DNA from: an uncultured Thermoplasmata archaeon | GTDB lineage: Archaea > Thermoplasmatota > Thermoplasmata > RBG-16-68-12 | Assembly: GCA_963768855.1 (NCBI GenBank) | Contig: CAVYJM010000006.1 | Coordinates: 864,001 to 928,000 of the forward strand | DNA: 64,000 nt | Direction: 5' to 3' | In this document: positions 1-8,967 of the stretch, in pieces | How the letters are laid out: each line of letters begins with the position of its first letter | How positions within the stretch are numbered: position 1 is the first letter of the stretch | The notes under the pieces: generated by a model | Told to the model about the DNA's origin: nothing | Databases searched by the model: none | Seen by the model: the letters and a program-made list of their open reading frames with translations, nothing else | Position numbers and translations under genes: made by a program

Positions 1-1276
1 CGTGCCGGGGCCCGAAGACGTAGCAAAGGAACATGCCCCATGAGCCACGCGGGTCGTATGCGGGGAGCTCCATCCCGCACTGCTGGATCGCGAAGTCCGA
101 GGAGCCGCCGTTGAACACTTGGCTCGCCCGGAGGGTGCCCTCTCCGAGGATCTCGCCGACTCCGCGGCGGTGCGCGATCGCCTCGATGAGCTCGAAGATC
201 TTCTCGTTCGTCGTCCAGGTGTCCTTCGCGAGCCCGCGCTCGATGCACTCCCGGTAGAAGCCGAGGACGCTCCCCGTGGAGATCGTGTCGAGTCCGTACA
301 GATCGCAGAGCTTGTTGGCGTGGACGATCAGCTCGGGGTCGTCGTTGAGAATCTGGGGACCGAAGGCCCACGCCGTCTCGTACTCGGGCCCGCGGCCCTT
401 GTCCCCGTAGCGGGAGCTGTTCGTCCGGGTGCACCGGATCGCGCAGTCGAAGCAGGTCGTGTATCCGGTGAGGATGTTCTTCCACTTCGGGAAGTACAGG
501 CTCTCGCCCTTCGACCACGTGACCTCCTGCCAGTTGTGGGTCGGCCACAGGTTCCCGTCGTTCACCTTGGGCGGGATCTCCATCGTGCCCTGCTCGTGGA
601 AGTACCCGCTCCGCTCCTTGTTCCAGGCCTGGGTCTGCTTGTGGAATGCCTTCGTCGCGTCGGAGTCCAGGTTCGGGAGCTCCGCGGTCCCGAACACGGT
701 CACGGCCTTCAGCTGCTTCGAGCCGAGGACCGCCCCGAGCCCGCCCCGGGCGGCCATCCGGTCCTCGAGCGCGACGCCCGCGAGCCGCACGCGGTTCTCG
801 CCGGCCGGGCCGATGCACAAGGTCCGTCCGTGGTCCTTGAGGGCCTCCCGGGTCTCCTCCGTGTTCCGACCCCAGAGGTTCGACGCATCGAGGAGCTGCG
901 CCTTGCCGTTCCGGATCTCGAGGAACGCCGGCTTGTCGCTCCTTCCGACGAGACGCACGACATCGAACGACGCCTTGCGCAGGGTGATGCCCCAGAATCC
1001 GCCCGCCGCGGCGCAGGAGTAGTAGCCGGTCAGCGGGGAGATGCTAACGACCCAGGTGCGGTTGCACGAGGCGATCGTCCCCTCGAAGGGCGACGTCACG
1101 AGGAACACGGGCGTCCGGGGATCGTACGGATCGTGGCGGAAGTCTTCCTCGCTGAGCAGCTTCGCACCCACGCCCCGCCCGCCGATGTAGCGTTCCCAGT
1201 ACTCGGGTCCCCGCTCCTCGCTCTCGATCTCGCCAGAGGCCAGGTCGACGCTGAGCATCCTCAGGTTCGGCTCCAC
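1..1276 (-). CDS. aor: Aldehyde:ferredoxin oxidoreductase (W/Mo-bis-pterin AOR family), runs off the left edge
   Basis: Manual minus-strand translation from GTG at 1276 (GGAGG upstream): YIGGRGVG, SPLTG, IGPAGEN, AARGGLGAVLGSKQLKAV, CFDCAIRC, GPEYET, CDLYGLDTISTG, ELPAYDPRG. Absent from the ORF track because there is no stop in the window. Confidence 0.93.
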   Translation of the reverse strand, partial: MEPNLRMLSVDLASGEIESEERGPEYWERYIGGRGVGAKLLSEEDFRHDPYDPRTPVFLVTSPFEGTIASCNRTWVVSISPLTGYYSCAAAGGFWGITLRKASFDVVRLVGRSDKPAFLEIRNGKAQLLDASNLWGRNTEETREALKDHGRTLCIGPAGENRVRLAGVALEDRMAARGGLGAVLGSKQLKAVTVFGTAELPNLDSDATKAFHKQTQAWNKERSGYFHEQGTMEIPPKVNDGNLWPTHNWQEVTWSKGESLYFPKWKNILTGYTTCFDCAIRCTRTNSSRYGDKGRGPEYETAWAFGPQILNDDPELIVHANKLCDLYGLDTISTGSVLGFYRECIERGLAKDTWTTNEKIFELIEAIAHRRGVGEILGEGTLRASQVFNGGSSDFAIQQCGMELPAYDPRGSWGMFLCYVFGPRH

Positions 1277-1373
1277 GATACCGTTCCTCCCCTCCAGGAT
1301 GGCCGCGACCTTACATTACGATTTGGTACCTGCTTCCGGATGGTTTTTATGCCCCAGCGGGCTTCGAGCGGAC

Positions 1374-1652
1374 GTGCGCGTGTTCGTCCGGCTCATGGGC
1401 CCGTACAAACGTGCCGCGGGCGGGGTGGACGAGATCGCCCTGGATGTCGTCCGATCGGACCTGGGCGGGGTCCTGACCGCGATCCGCGCGCGTTTCCCCG
1501 AAGCGGGCCGGAAACTGGAGCCCAGCCCGGGCAAGATCGAGCCTGCGGTTCGCGTCGTGTTGAACGACGTGGTGCTCCAGGGGGCCACGACCTCCCAGGA
1601 GGTCCGCGAGGGCGACCGGGTCGCGTTCGTCCCCATCGTGGGCGGCGGCTGA
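1374..1652 (+). CDS. moaD: MoaD/ThiS/SAMP ubiquitin-like sulfur carrier
   Basis: ~92 aa ending GDRVAFVPIVGGG; divergent from aor; TTTTTAT ~25 nt upstream of the GTG. Confidence 0.85.
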   Translation: MRVFVRLMGPYKRAAGGVDEIALDVVRSDLGGVLTAIRARFPEAGRKLEPSPGKIEPAVRVVLNDVVLQGATTSQEVREGDRVAFVPIVGGG

Positions 1653-1706
1653 CCCGTTCCTCCCGTTCTCGCGGCTCGCGGGATTATGGGAAAGCTTCAA
1701 GTCAAA

Positions 1707-1726
1707 GTTACTATCTAAATAGTAAC
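1707..1726. promoter_or_regulatory. Perfect inverted repeat GTTACTAT-N4-ATAGTAAC, candidate operator
   Basis: 8-bp arms read directly; abuts the ATG at 1727. Confidence 0.6.
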
Positions 1727-2248
1727 ATGACCACCGCAACCAAAGTCGCGCTGGCGTTCGTGATCGGGGCGATGGCCCTGGGACTGGTGTCCCTGACCGC
1801 CGTCCCCGCGAAGGCCGCGAGCGTCCCGTACGACCTCTATGGATCGTTGACCAGCGGCTGGGGCCTCACCAGCACCTCCGAGACAAACCCGGGTCCCATG
1901 CTCTCCGCGAACGCAGGCGACACGGTGACGATCACCCTCCACTCCACGGACGGGTTCGCGCACAAGCTCCTCATCGACTACAACGGGAACGGCGTCGCCG
2001 ACCCCGGGGAGCCGTTGTCCTCGGAGTTCACGACGACGACCACGCTGACCTTCGTCGCGAACCAGGCCGGGACGTTCCAGTACCTCTGCACGATCCACGG
2101 CAGCGCCATGGTGGGCAGCTTCACGGTTCAGGGAACCGGAACTCCGGCCCCGTCCGGCAACTCCGGCACCCTGCTGATCGTCGGGATCGTCCTGGGAGTC
2201 GTCGTGGTCGCTGGGGTGTCGGTCCTCGTGCTGCGCTCCCGCAACTGA
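1727..2248 (+). CDS. Secreted, C-terminally membrane-anchored blue-copper (cupredoxin) protein
   Basis: Signal peptide ending AKA, NPGP motif, His (FAHK), C-x2-H-x3-M (CTIHGSAM), C-terminal TM helix followed by RSRN. Confidence 0.85.
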   Translation: MTTATKVALAFVIGAMALGLVSLTAVPAKAASVPYDLYGSLTSGWGLTSTSETNPGPMLSANAGDTVTITLHSTDGFAHKLLIDYNGNGVADPGEPLSSEFTTTTTLTFVANQAGTFQYLCTIHGSAMVGSFTVQGTGTPAPSGNSGTLLIVGIVLGVVVVAGVSVLVLRSRN

Positions 2249-2344
2249 TCCGGTTTCGCCCCCTTTGGCTGCGGGTCCAGACCCCGCGGCTCCCCTTTTT
2301 CCCTCCGGATCAGGTTCGGGGCCGCTGTCGAGTCCTCGGCGGGT

Positions 2345-3061
2345 TCAGCTTCGGTCCCTCACCTGGATCACGATCTCGCGGATGTCCGAGTTCGCGCCCT
2401 GATCGACGACGCTCTCCACGGCCTTCGCCACGTCGTCTGAGGTGAGAGCCCATTCCGCCTCGGGGGCTTTGAGGTCTTCCTCCCGCCCGCCGAACTCCGT
2501 GATCACGTAGCCGGGGGCGATGTACGCCACCTTGATCCCGAACGGATAGAGCTCCTCGCGCCAGCACTCGTTCATCCCCCGCAGGGCCCACTTCGTGCCG
2601 ACGTAGGCGGTGCCGCGGGCCACCCCCACCAGGCCGACCACGGACCCGATGTTCACGATCTGCCCCGACCTCTGCTTCTTCATCTGCGGGACGGCCGCCT
2701 TCGTGAACAGGAACGGCGCGAAGACGTTCGTGTCGAACTGCTCCTTGAACGAGTCCTCCGGGAACTCGTCCACCGGCGCGTACTTCCCGATTCCGGCGTT
2801 GTTCACGAGGACGTCCAGTCGATGCCAGGATGCCACGACCCCGTGCACCGCAGCGGATGAGAGCTTCGGGTCGCGGACGTCTCCGGCGAAGGTCATCGTC
2901 TCCCCGCCCTTCTCCTGGACTGCCTTGGCTACTTCCTCCAGCCGATCCGTTCGGCGCGCGACCAGACCGACTCGCATACCCTTCGCGCCAAGGCGCAGCG
3001 CGATCGCCCGTCCGATGCCGCTCGAAGCCCCCGTCACGAGCGCCGTGCGCGGTTCCGTCAT
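2345..3061 (-). CDS. Short-chain dehydrogenase/reductase
   Basis: TGASSGIG, NNAG, YVGTK. Confidence 0.92.
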   Translation of the reverse strand: MTEPRTALVTGASSGIGRAIALRLGAKGMRVGLVARRTDRLEEVAKAVQEKGGETMTFAGDVRDPKLSSAAVHGVVASWHRLDVLVNNAGIGKYAPVDEFPEDSFKEQFDTNVFAPFLFTKAAVPQMKKQRSGQIVNIGSVVGLVGVARGTAYVGTKWALRGMNECWREELYPFGIKVAYIAPGYVITEFGGREEDLKAPEAEWALTSDDVAKAVESVVDQGANSDIREIVIQVRDRS

Positions 3062-3147
3062 CGAGGCGGGCAAGGCGTTCCCGCTTTATTGACTCTCGGC
3101 CGGCGGAAAGCGAAAGGGGTAAGTTCGACCGGAAGATGGAGTGGGGG

Positions 3148-4158
3148 ATGCGCGTCGCAGTCCTCGGCGCGGGTGCTATCGGCGGCGCGGTCGGCGCCCT
3201 CCTTGCCGAGAACGGGCATGACGTGACCCTCGTCGGGAGGTCCGAGCAGGTTCGCGCGATCCGGACCTCCGGTCTCCAGATCGAAGGTTGCCTCGGATCC
3301 TTCGGGGCGAAGGTCCGCGCCACGGAGGCGCTGGACACGCGTCCCGATCTCGCCCTGCTCGCGGTCAAGACGCAGGACGTGGAGGCCGCCGTGATGCAGA
3401 GCGCTCCGTTCCTGCGCGGCGTGCCGCTCGTCACCCTCCAGAACGGCGTGCGGAGCGACGAGATCGTGGCCCGTCTCCTCCCGCCCGACTCCCTCCTGAG
3501 CGCCGTGGTCCTGGTGACCGCCACGTACCTCGCGCCGGGCCGCGTGACCCTCGTCGAACGAGGGCATCTCCTCCTCGGTCGCCCTCGCGCCCCACATGAT
3601 GCGCTGGTCGACGAGATCGCCCCGATCCTGAGCGCGGCCGTGCCGACCTCGATCTCGGACAACCTCGTCGGGGCGCACTGGCTCAAACTCATCATGAACC
3701 TGAACAACGCCCTGCCCGCGTTGACGAACCGGCCGCTTCGGGAGCTGTCCGCGGATCCGTTCCTGCGGACGCTCGCGGTGCGCCTCATGCGTGAGGGAGT
3801 CCGCGTCGCGGATCGCGGCGGCGTCGCGTTGGAGCCCCTCGACGGCGTCTCGATTAGGGCGGTACGCCTGCTCACGCGCCTCCCCGCGCCTTGGGCCGGG
3901 CGGATGTTCGGCTCGAGGGTGGCTCGGCTCGGAGGCGAGTGGCCCATCCTGGGCTCAACCCTCCAGAGCCTCCGGCGCGGCCGGCCCACGGAGATCGACT
4001 ACCTCAACGGGGAGGTCGTGCGTCTAGGCGCCCAGCTCGGGGTCCCGACTCCGAACAACGCGCTCGTGGTGGAGCTCGTGCACGAGACGGAGCGCAGCGG
4101 ACGCTTCCCGACGGCGGACCGCCTTCGCGAGGTGCTCGGGGGAGCGCCCGCGGGCTGA
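3148..4158 (+). CDS. panE: Ketopantoate reductase (PanE/ApbA family)
   Basis: GAGAIG, LAVK, LQNG, WLKLIMN, STLQS, TEIDYLNG. Confidence 0.88.
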   Translation: MRVAVLGAGAIGGAVGALLAENGHDVTLVGRSEQVRAIRTSGLQIEGCLGSFGAKVRATEALDTRPDLALLAVKTQDVEAAVMQSAPFLRGVPLVTLQNGVRSDEIVARLLPPDSLLSAVVLVTATYLAPGRVTLVERGHLLLGRPRAPHDALVDEIAPILSAAVPTSISDNLVGAHWLKLIMNLNNALPALTNRPLRELSADPFLRTLAVRLMREGVRVADRGGVALEPLDGVSIRAVRLLTRLPAPWAGRMFGSRVARLGGEWPILGSTLQSLRRGRPTEIDYLNGEVVRLGAQLGVPTPNNALVVELVHETERSGRFPTADRLREVLGGAPAG

Positions 4159-4182
4159 TCCACCCCTGCCGGAGTGGCCCGT

Positions 4183-5607
4183 TCAGCTAGGTGTCTCGTG
4201 CCTCGCGATCGCCCAGACCTCTTTTCGGACGTCGCGGTCCAGAGGCGTCGGCTCGTGCTGGGTCAAGATCTCCCGTACCCGGGCCCGTGCGCGCTCCCGG
4301 ACGCGTTCCTCGGCCGGGTGGCCTTCGACGAATCCATCCCGCAGGAGGATGTTCGAGGACCACAGCGCCTCGCGGAAATGGAGGAGCGTGTGCTTCTCCT
4401 TCAGGTAGTTGCCCGCGGGGCCCACGCGTTCGAGCATATCCAGATGAATGGAGTCCGCGTCCACGCGGAAGGCGCGCATCACGCGCTGGATGTAGTCCAC
4501 GATCTCCGCGTCGAGGACGAGCTGCTCCACGCTCATCGTGTTGTCCGTGTCGAGCCCGCCGATTCCAGACACCGTGTCAGGACCCGCGAGAAGGGAGGCC
4601 ATGCCCGTGCCCATCTTCTCCACGCCGGCCTGGAAGCCGGGAGTGTCCGCGTCGCAGCCCAGCGAGGCGATGAGGGATGGGAGGTGATAGTGCCGGGCGA
4701 GCTCCGTGCCCGCCGCGCTGAGGACCGCCATCTCGGGCGAGCCCGCTCCGAACGATCCCGAGCGCATGTCGATTGGACCCGAGGCGATGCTCCAGAACAT
4801 CGGTGCCCCCGGGTTCGCGACCTCGGCGACGACCACGGAGGCGAGGATCTCTGCGTTGCTGACAACCAGGGCGCTCGCCAGGTCGACCGGGCTGCTCCCG
4901 CCAAGGAGGACCATGGACATCGGGGCGACCGGCACGCCGGCGTGGCCGAAGCGCATCATCGCCTCCGTCGAGCCCTCTTCGAGGACGAGCGGGCTGACGG
5001 GGCACTGGATCGACGAGATGATCGGACGGCGATGCAGCTCCTCGCGCCCGCCCACGATCTCCGCGGCCATGGAAATCATTCCCTCCGCCTCTTGCGCGGA
5101 GAGGGCCTCGTGCTGGATGTGCTTCGTCGTGTTCTCGAGGGCGGTGGCGGCCTCGACGAGGCCGTGGATTTCATTTGGGACGTCCCCGGCGACGGACATG
5201 GGCCACTGGTAGTCCAAGGGCTCGAGCGCGTCGCCCACGCGGGTGAGGTCCGCGAGGTCCCTCGTCGTGCTCGCGCGCCGCTCGCCCGTCTCGAAGTCCA
5301 GGACGTTCACGCCGCACCCGTCCGTCGAGACGTACGTGTGACCATCGGGCACGCGGATGTCCCGCTTTCCGTCGCGGGAGGCGAGGAGGATCTCGCGTGG
5401 AGCCTTCCGCAGGCTCTCGGCTAGAACGGCCTCGGGGATGCGGACCCGAGCGGTGTTCCCGACCGCGTGGGCGCCCGCCATCTGAAGGACCTTCCGTGCG
5501 GCTGTGCTATGGACGTCGACGCCGGTCTGAGCGAGCAGCGTTCGGGTTGCCCCGTTGATGGCATCGATGTCCGCCGCGTCCAGGACGCGCAGGCGTGGGA
5601 AGGCGAT
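4183..5607 (-). CDS. mttB: Trimethylamine methyltransferase family protein, non-pyrrolysine (MttB/MtgB-like); start uncertain
   Basis: LPSLIASLGCDADTPGFQAGVEK aligns to the MttB region LPxxVAGT(O)SDAKxPDxQAGHEK, with Gly at the Pyl position; also SGAFGAGSPE-like and GPAGNYL motifs. Confidence 0.88.
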   Translation of the reverse strand: MAFPRLRVLDAADIDAINGATRTLLAQTGVDVHSTAARKVLQMAGAHAVGNTARVRIPEAVLAESLRKAPREILLASRDGKRDIRVPDGHTYVSTDGCGVNVLDFETGERRASTTRDLADLTRVGDALEPLDYQWPMSVAGDVPNEIHGLVEAATALENTTKHIQHEALSAQEAEGMISMAAEIVGGREELHRRPIISSIQCPVSPLVLEEGSTEAMMRFGHAGVPVAPMSMVLLGGSSPVDLASALVVSNAEILASVVVAEVANPGAPMFWSIASGPIDMRSGSFGAGSPEMAVLSAAGTELARHYHLPSLIASLGCDADTPGFQAGVEKMGTGMASLLAGPDTVSGIGGLDTDNTMSVEQLVLDAEIVDYIQRVMRAFRVDADSIHLDMLERVGPAGNYLKEKHTLLHFREALWSSNILLRDGFVEGHPAEERVRERARARVREILTQHEPTPLDRDVRKEVWAIARHETPS

Positions 5608-5856
5608 GAGATCACCCCGGACGGGAAGCCTTCGAGGGGGTTTCTCTTTTTCCGATATACCTCTCGGCGGAACGCAGGTCGGAACCGGGTCGTTAACCTG
5701 CCTATTCGCTCGATCGCCCGCCGGTTCAAGGTCGGCTGCCATGTCCCTGATCAGGATCGGGCCCAACGAGCTCAACGGGATTCCCGAGATGGATTGGTGG
5801 GACCGTCACTTTGAAAGAAGACACCGTCATCTGGGAGCGAGACGGTGGGGGACAAG

Positions 5857-6285
5857 ATGGCCAGCGCCAAGCGGACGACCGAATTGCTACGACTGTTCAG
5901 AGAGCGAGCGCCCATCGCTCGGTTGTTCGGAATGCAGCTCTCCTACAACGAGGATGGAGGCGCGGTTGTCGATCTTCCGTACAATCCGAACCTCGACCAT
6001 GCGCTCGGAGGCATCCACGGTGGCGTGTACGCGACGATGCTGGATACGGCCGGGTGGTTCACGGTGGCCGCGACGACGGACCGCTCCTGCTGGGTCGCCA
6101 CCTCTGAGTTCTCGGTCCATTTGCTCCAGCCCGTTCGGCGCAGCTCCCTCCGTTCCGTGGGTCGCCTCGTGAAGGTCGGAAAGCGACAGGCCATCGCAGA
6201 GATGCGCCTCGAAGACGGTGAAGGTCGCTTGGTCGGGCACGGGGTGGGCACGTTCATCATCCTACCGAACGTGCCGACGGCGTAG
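5857..6285 (+). CDS. PaaI-family hotdog-fold thioesterase
   Basis: HGGVYATMLDTAG, TSEFSVHLLQP. Confidence 0.9.
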   Translation: MASAKRTTELLRLFRERAPIARLFGMQLSYNEDGGAVVDLPYNPNLDHALGGIHGGVYATMLDTAGWFTVAATTDRSCWVATSEFSVHLLQPVRRSSLRSVGRLVKVGKRQAIAEMRLEDGEGRLVGHGVGTFIILPNVPTA

Positions 6286-6459
6286 ACCCCCGCGCCCAGC
6301 AGCTCGGGGTCAAGGAGATGTTCGCCTCTCGGGCGATCATCACCGGAAGGCGTACTTTCGACATCGCCAGCGGCTCGCGCGGGCTGCAGGGTGGTCACGG
6401 GAGTTTCGGCCGACCGAGTCCGCACACCGTCGGGAGAAGGGAGAAACGACTGGCGCGGT

Positions 6460-7121
6460 CTAGCGCCCGCGTTTCACGGCAATGACGACGCTTCCGTCCG
6501 CAGCCGTTTCGATCGAAAGCACCTCGTGACCCAGGAGGCGTGCGAGAGCGGGTAGGTCCTCCTTGGCCGAGGGATCTCGCGCCACGACTTCCAGCACGTG
6601 ACCAACGGGAATGGCACTGACCTGGCGGCGGAACTCCTGGGGCAATCCGCTTCCGCAGCCCAAGTCTCCAGCATCGTAGTGGTGCTGGGGAAGTTCGCCA
6701 ACAGCACCACCCCTTGCTTCAGGGAGGAGAGCTTCGGAGCAGACGAGATCCATCGACTCGATTAACCCGTCACGAACATCGCAGAACGCGTGTTGCTCGA
6801 TGACCTCCGTCTCGCCGTCGGAATAGTGTTCCCGAAAGCGGTAGCTGATATGGACGCGGTCTGCCACGAGATAGATTTCCTTTTGGAGGAGCTGCATTCG
6901 GGTCGGCTCCGAGAACCAGACTTGTAGCTGGGCTGTGGCGGCTGCCGCTTCGTTGCGCTCCTTTATCCCGGATGGCACCAGGGCGCGAAACCGCACCTGA
7001 GGGTGAAAGCGGGCCTCGACGTGCTCAAAGTCACGATTCGCCAGCGCGGCAACGAAGGTCTCGCCGGCTGATTTCGCGTCTCTTCCGTCGCTGTCACGGG
7101 AGTGTCTTGCCTGGCCTCCAT
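6460..7121 (-). CDS. SnoaL/NTF2-like domain fused to a TusA/SirA-like sulfurtransferase domain; frameshift near the 5' end
   Basis: The frame FVAALANRDFEHVEARFHPQVRFRALVPSG continues into DAGDLGCGSGLP...LEVVARDPSAKEDLPALARLLGH. The SD-preceded ATG at 7121 is in another frame. Confidence 0.7.
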
Positions 7122-7138
7122 GTTCCCGTCCCTCCTCT

Positions 7139-7504
7139 CTATCCCAGGTTCACCGAGCTGGCTCCCGCCGCGAGTTCCTCGACGAGCTTGGCCGCGCCGA
7201 CGATCGTTGCGCCCTCCGCCAACAGTTCGTCCGTGATGCCTCGGGGCTTCGTGCAGGCCCCGCAGAGCCACACCTTGCCTCCAGCCGCGACGAAGTCAGA
7301 ATAGATCTTGGACAGGGGCGCCAGTCCGTGGGATTCGATTCCCTGCTTTCCGTCCTTCGTCCCGAGCCACACTCCCTCAATCGTGCAAAACACGATCGCT
7401 TCCTTGCCCGCGGTGGCAGCGACGTTGGCTGCGACGAAGGGAAGCGACGCGCGTTCCGGGTTGTCCTTTCCGTGGTTGCACATAAAGATCAGTTTGCTGG
7501 TCAT
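7139..7504 (-). CDS. DsrE/DsrF-like protein
   Basis: GKDNPERASLPF, FCTIEGV, VWLCGAC, GATIVGA. Confidence 0.88.
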   Translation of the reverse strand: MTSKLIFMCNHGKDNPERASLPFVAANVAATAGKEAIVFCTIEGVWLGTKDGKQGIESHGLAPLSKIYSDFVAAGGKVWLCGACTKPRGITDELLAEGATIVGAAKLVEELAAGASSVNLG

Positions 7505-7568
7505 GCTCCTTGACACCTATTCGCGCCCATCCTCCGCTCGTGCTTAAGTCCTCGGACAACGGAGTGCA

Positions 7569-7588
7569 GGTTTCGGGTGGCCGAAACC
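7569..7588. promoter_or_regulatory. Inverted repeat GGTTTCGG-N4-CCGAAACC beside the TATA-like CTTAAAAA in the dsrE/regulator divergent region
   Basis: Read directly; the right arm may simply be the BRE. Confidence 0.35.
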
Positions 7589-7641
7589 CTTAAAAATCAC
7601 CGTTTCCGCTAAGCCATCACGGTTTTGGGGAGAAGGAGACC

Positions 7642-8574
7642 TTGGACCAGCTTGACTTCAGGATATTCAAATCCCTCGGCTACCAACCCTTCGGTCCAGA
7701 TGCCGGCGACCTATCGAGGCTGAACCCGTGGGTCATCGCCAAGAAGCTAGGAGCCGACGGAAACACGGTCAAGCTACGCCTGAACAAGATGAAGAAGAGC
7801 GGCTTCATCAAGTACTTCCAAATCTACCCTAACTACCGTGTGCTGGGGACCAACGGGGCTGCCTACCTCTTTCACGTGAGCGATGTCCTGGAGAAATACG
7901 ACACAATCGACAAGTGCGCGCTCGTCGACGGCGTCATGGAGATTCACAACTTCATCGGAACGGACATCTGCATCGACTTCACCTACGAGGACGGTAGGGA
8001 CGAGGAGCGAAGGCTGGAGCTGCTGCGCAGGCTGACCCGCTGCGATTCTCCGGAGAAGTTCTACGATCGCTTCATGCCACAAGTAGACGTGGAGCTGTCG
8101 AACGCGGACTGGCGGATCATCAAGGCCCTGAGGTACGATGCCTTCAAGCCATTGTCCAAGGTGGCCGAGGAGCTTGGGCTGACCGCACAGACCGTCCGCA
8201 AGCGATTCGAGAGGATGACTCAGCACAACGCGGTGTTCATCGTGCCCCTGGTGAACCCGGCCGAGATCGCTGACACAATCACCTACGTGATGTTGATGTA
8301 TCCATCGCCAGCCAAGCGCAAGGAGGCGATGGGTACGGCACTGAGGGAATTCGGGGACGCTTCCTTCCTGGTCAACGCGTCCTCGGAGGGGAACGCTATG
8401 CTGGCGCTCGCGGGGCGGACTCTTGCCGAGACGGAGGACAATCTGATCAAGGCAAGAAAGATCGAGGGCATGGACGACGTGAAGCTCCTCGTCCTCAGGG
8501 AGACGCGCGAGTACACGCAATGGATGGACTCCGCAATCGGCAAGAAAATCGCGGAGACTGCGAAAGCCCCGTAG
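7642..8574 (+). CDS. Tandem Lrp/AsnC-type winged-helix transcriptional regulator
   Basis: Two HTH modules (IAKKLGADGNTVKLRLNKM; LSKVAEELGLTAQTVRKRFERM). Confidence 0.8.
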   Translation: MDQLDFRIFKSLGYQPFGPDAGDLSRLNPWVIAKKLGADGNTVKLRLNKMKKSGFIKYFQIYPNYRVLGTNGAAYLFHVSDVLEKYDTIDKCALVDGVMEIHNFIGTDICIDFTYEDGRDEERRLELLRRLTRCDSPEKFYDRFMPQVDVELSNADWRIIKALRYDAFKPLSKVAEELGLTAQTVRKRFERMTQHNAVFIVPLVNPAEIADTITYVMLMYPSPAKRKEAMGTALREFGDASFLVNASSEGNAMLALAGRTLAETEDNLIKARKIEGMDDVKLLVLRETREYTQWMDSAIGKKIAETAKAP

Positions 8575-8649
8575 CAACCCGGCGTGGAAGGACGCCGAGA
8601 CAGCAGACACCGCGCAAAAACGCCCCTGAAGGTCGATGTTCGGTAGACC

Positions 8650-8837
8650 ATGCCTTGCGTCGATTCCCCGGACCTCTCGATGGTTCGTGGCGCTCAGTCC
8701 GAGTTCTGCCGCACTGCTGCGGTTGACGTAGGTGGTCCCGGCCCCTGGGACTAAGGTGAACCGCAAGGCGCGAGGCCCATTCACGCGCACGGAGACGAAA
8801 ATGAGGTGGTCCTGCACATCCGGCGGGACTTCCGCCC
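8650..8837 (-). pseudogene. Decayed retropepsin-like aspartyl protease fragment
   Basis: DHLIFVSVRVNGPRALRFTLVPGAGTTYVNRSSAAELGL; catalytic DTG appears as VPG; no proper start or C-terminus. Confidence 0.6.
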
Positions 8838-8967
8838 GTTGCTTAGACTCGAACCGATCGCGCGTTGGCGTCGAGGACACGCCGCGGGGCTCCGGGGGCT
8901 CCAGGCATGCAGGCTCCAAGCCGCCTTGCCCGACCACGCCAAGGGCAGGCCCAGTCCTCGGCCGTGG

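Noticed and set aside
119-1726. N-terminal ~535 aa of the 709-aa ORF, and similar long ORFs (2310-3989, 42410-44272, 50608-52215, 53457-55352, 55450-58005)
   Set aside because: Antisense or off-frame shadows of real genes in GC-rich DNA; Arg/Pro/Gly-rich with no motifs
4183-5607. Pyrrolysine recoding in the MttB homolog
   Set aside because: No in-frame TAG; Gly at the Pyl position
7060-7121. Programmed ribosomal frameshift in the SnoaL-TusA gene
   Set aside because: No canonical slippery heptamer seen; the window has many unrelated indels
8895-8937. tRNA-like 3' end GCAGGCTCCAAGCCGCCTTGCCCGACCA
   Set aside because: T stem does not pair and no matching acceptor 5' strand lies upstream
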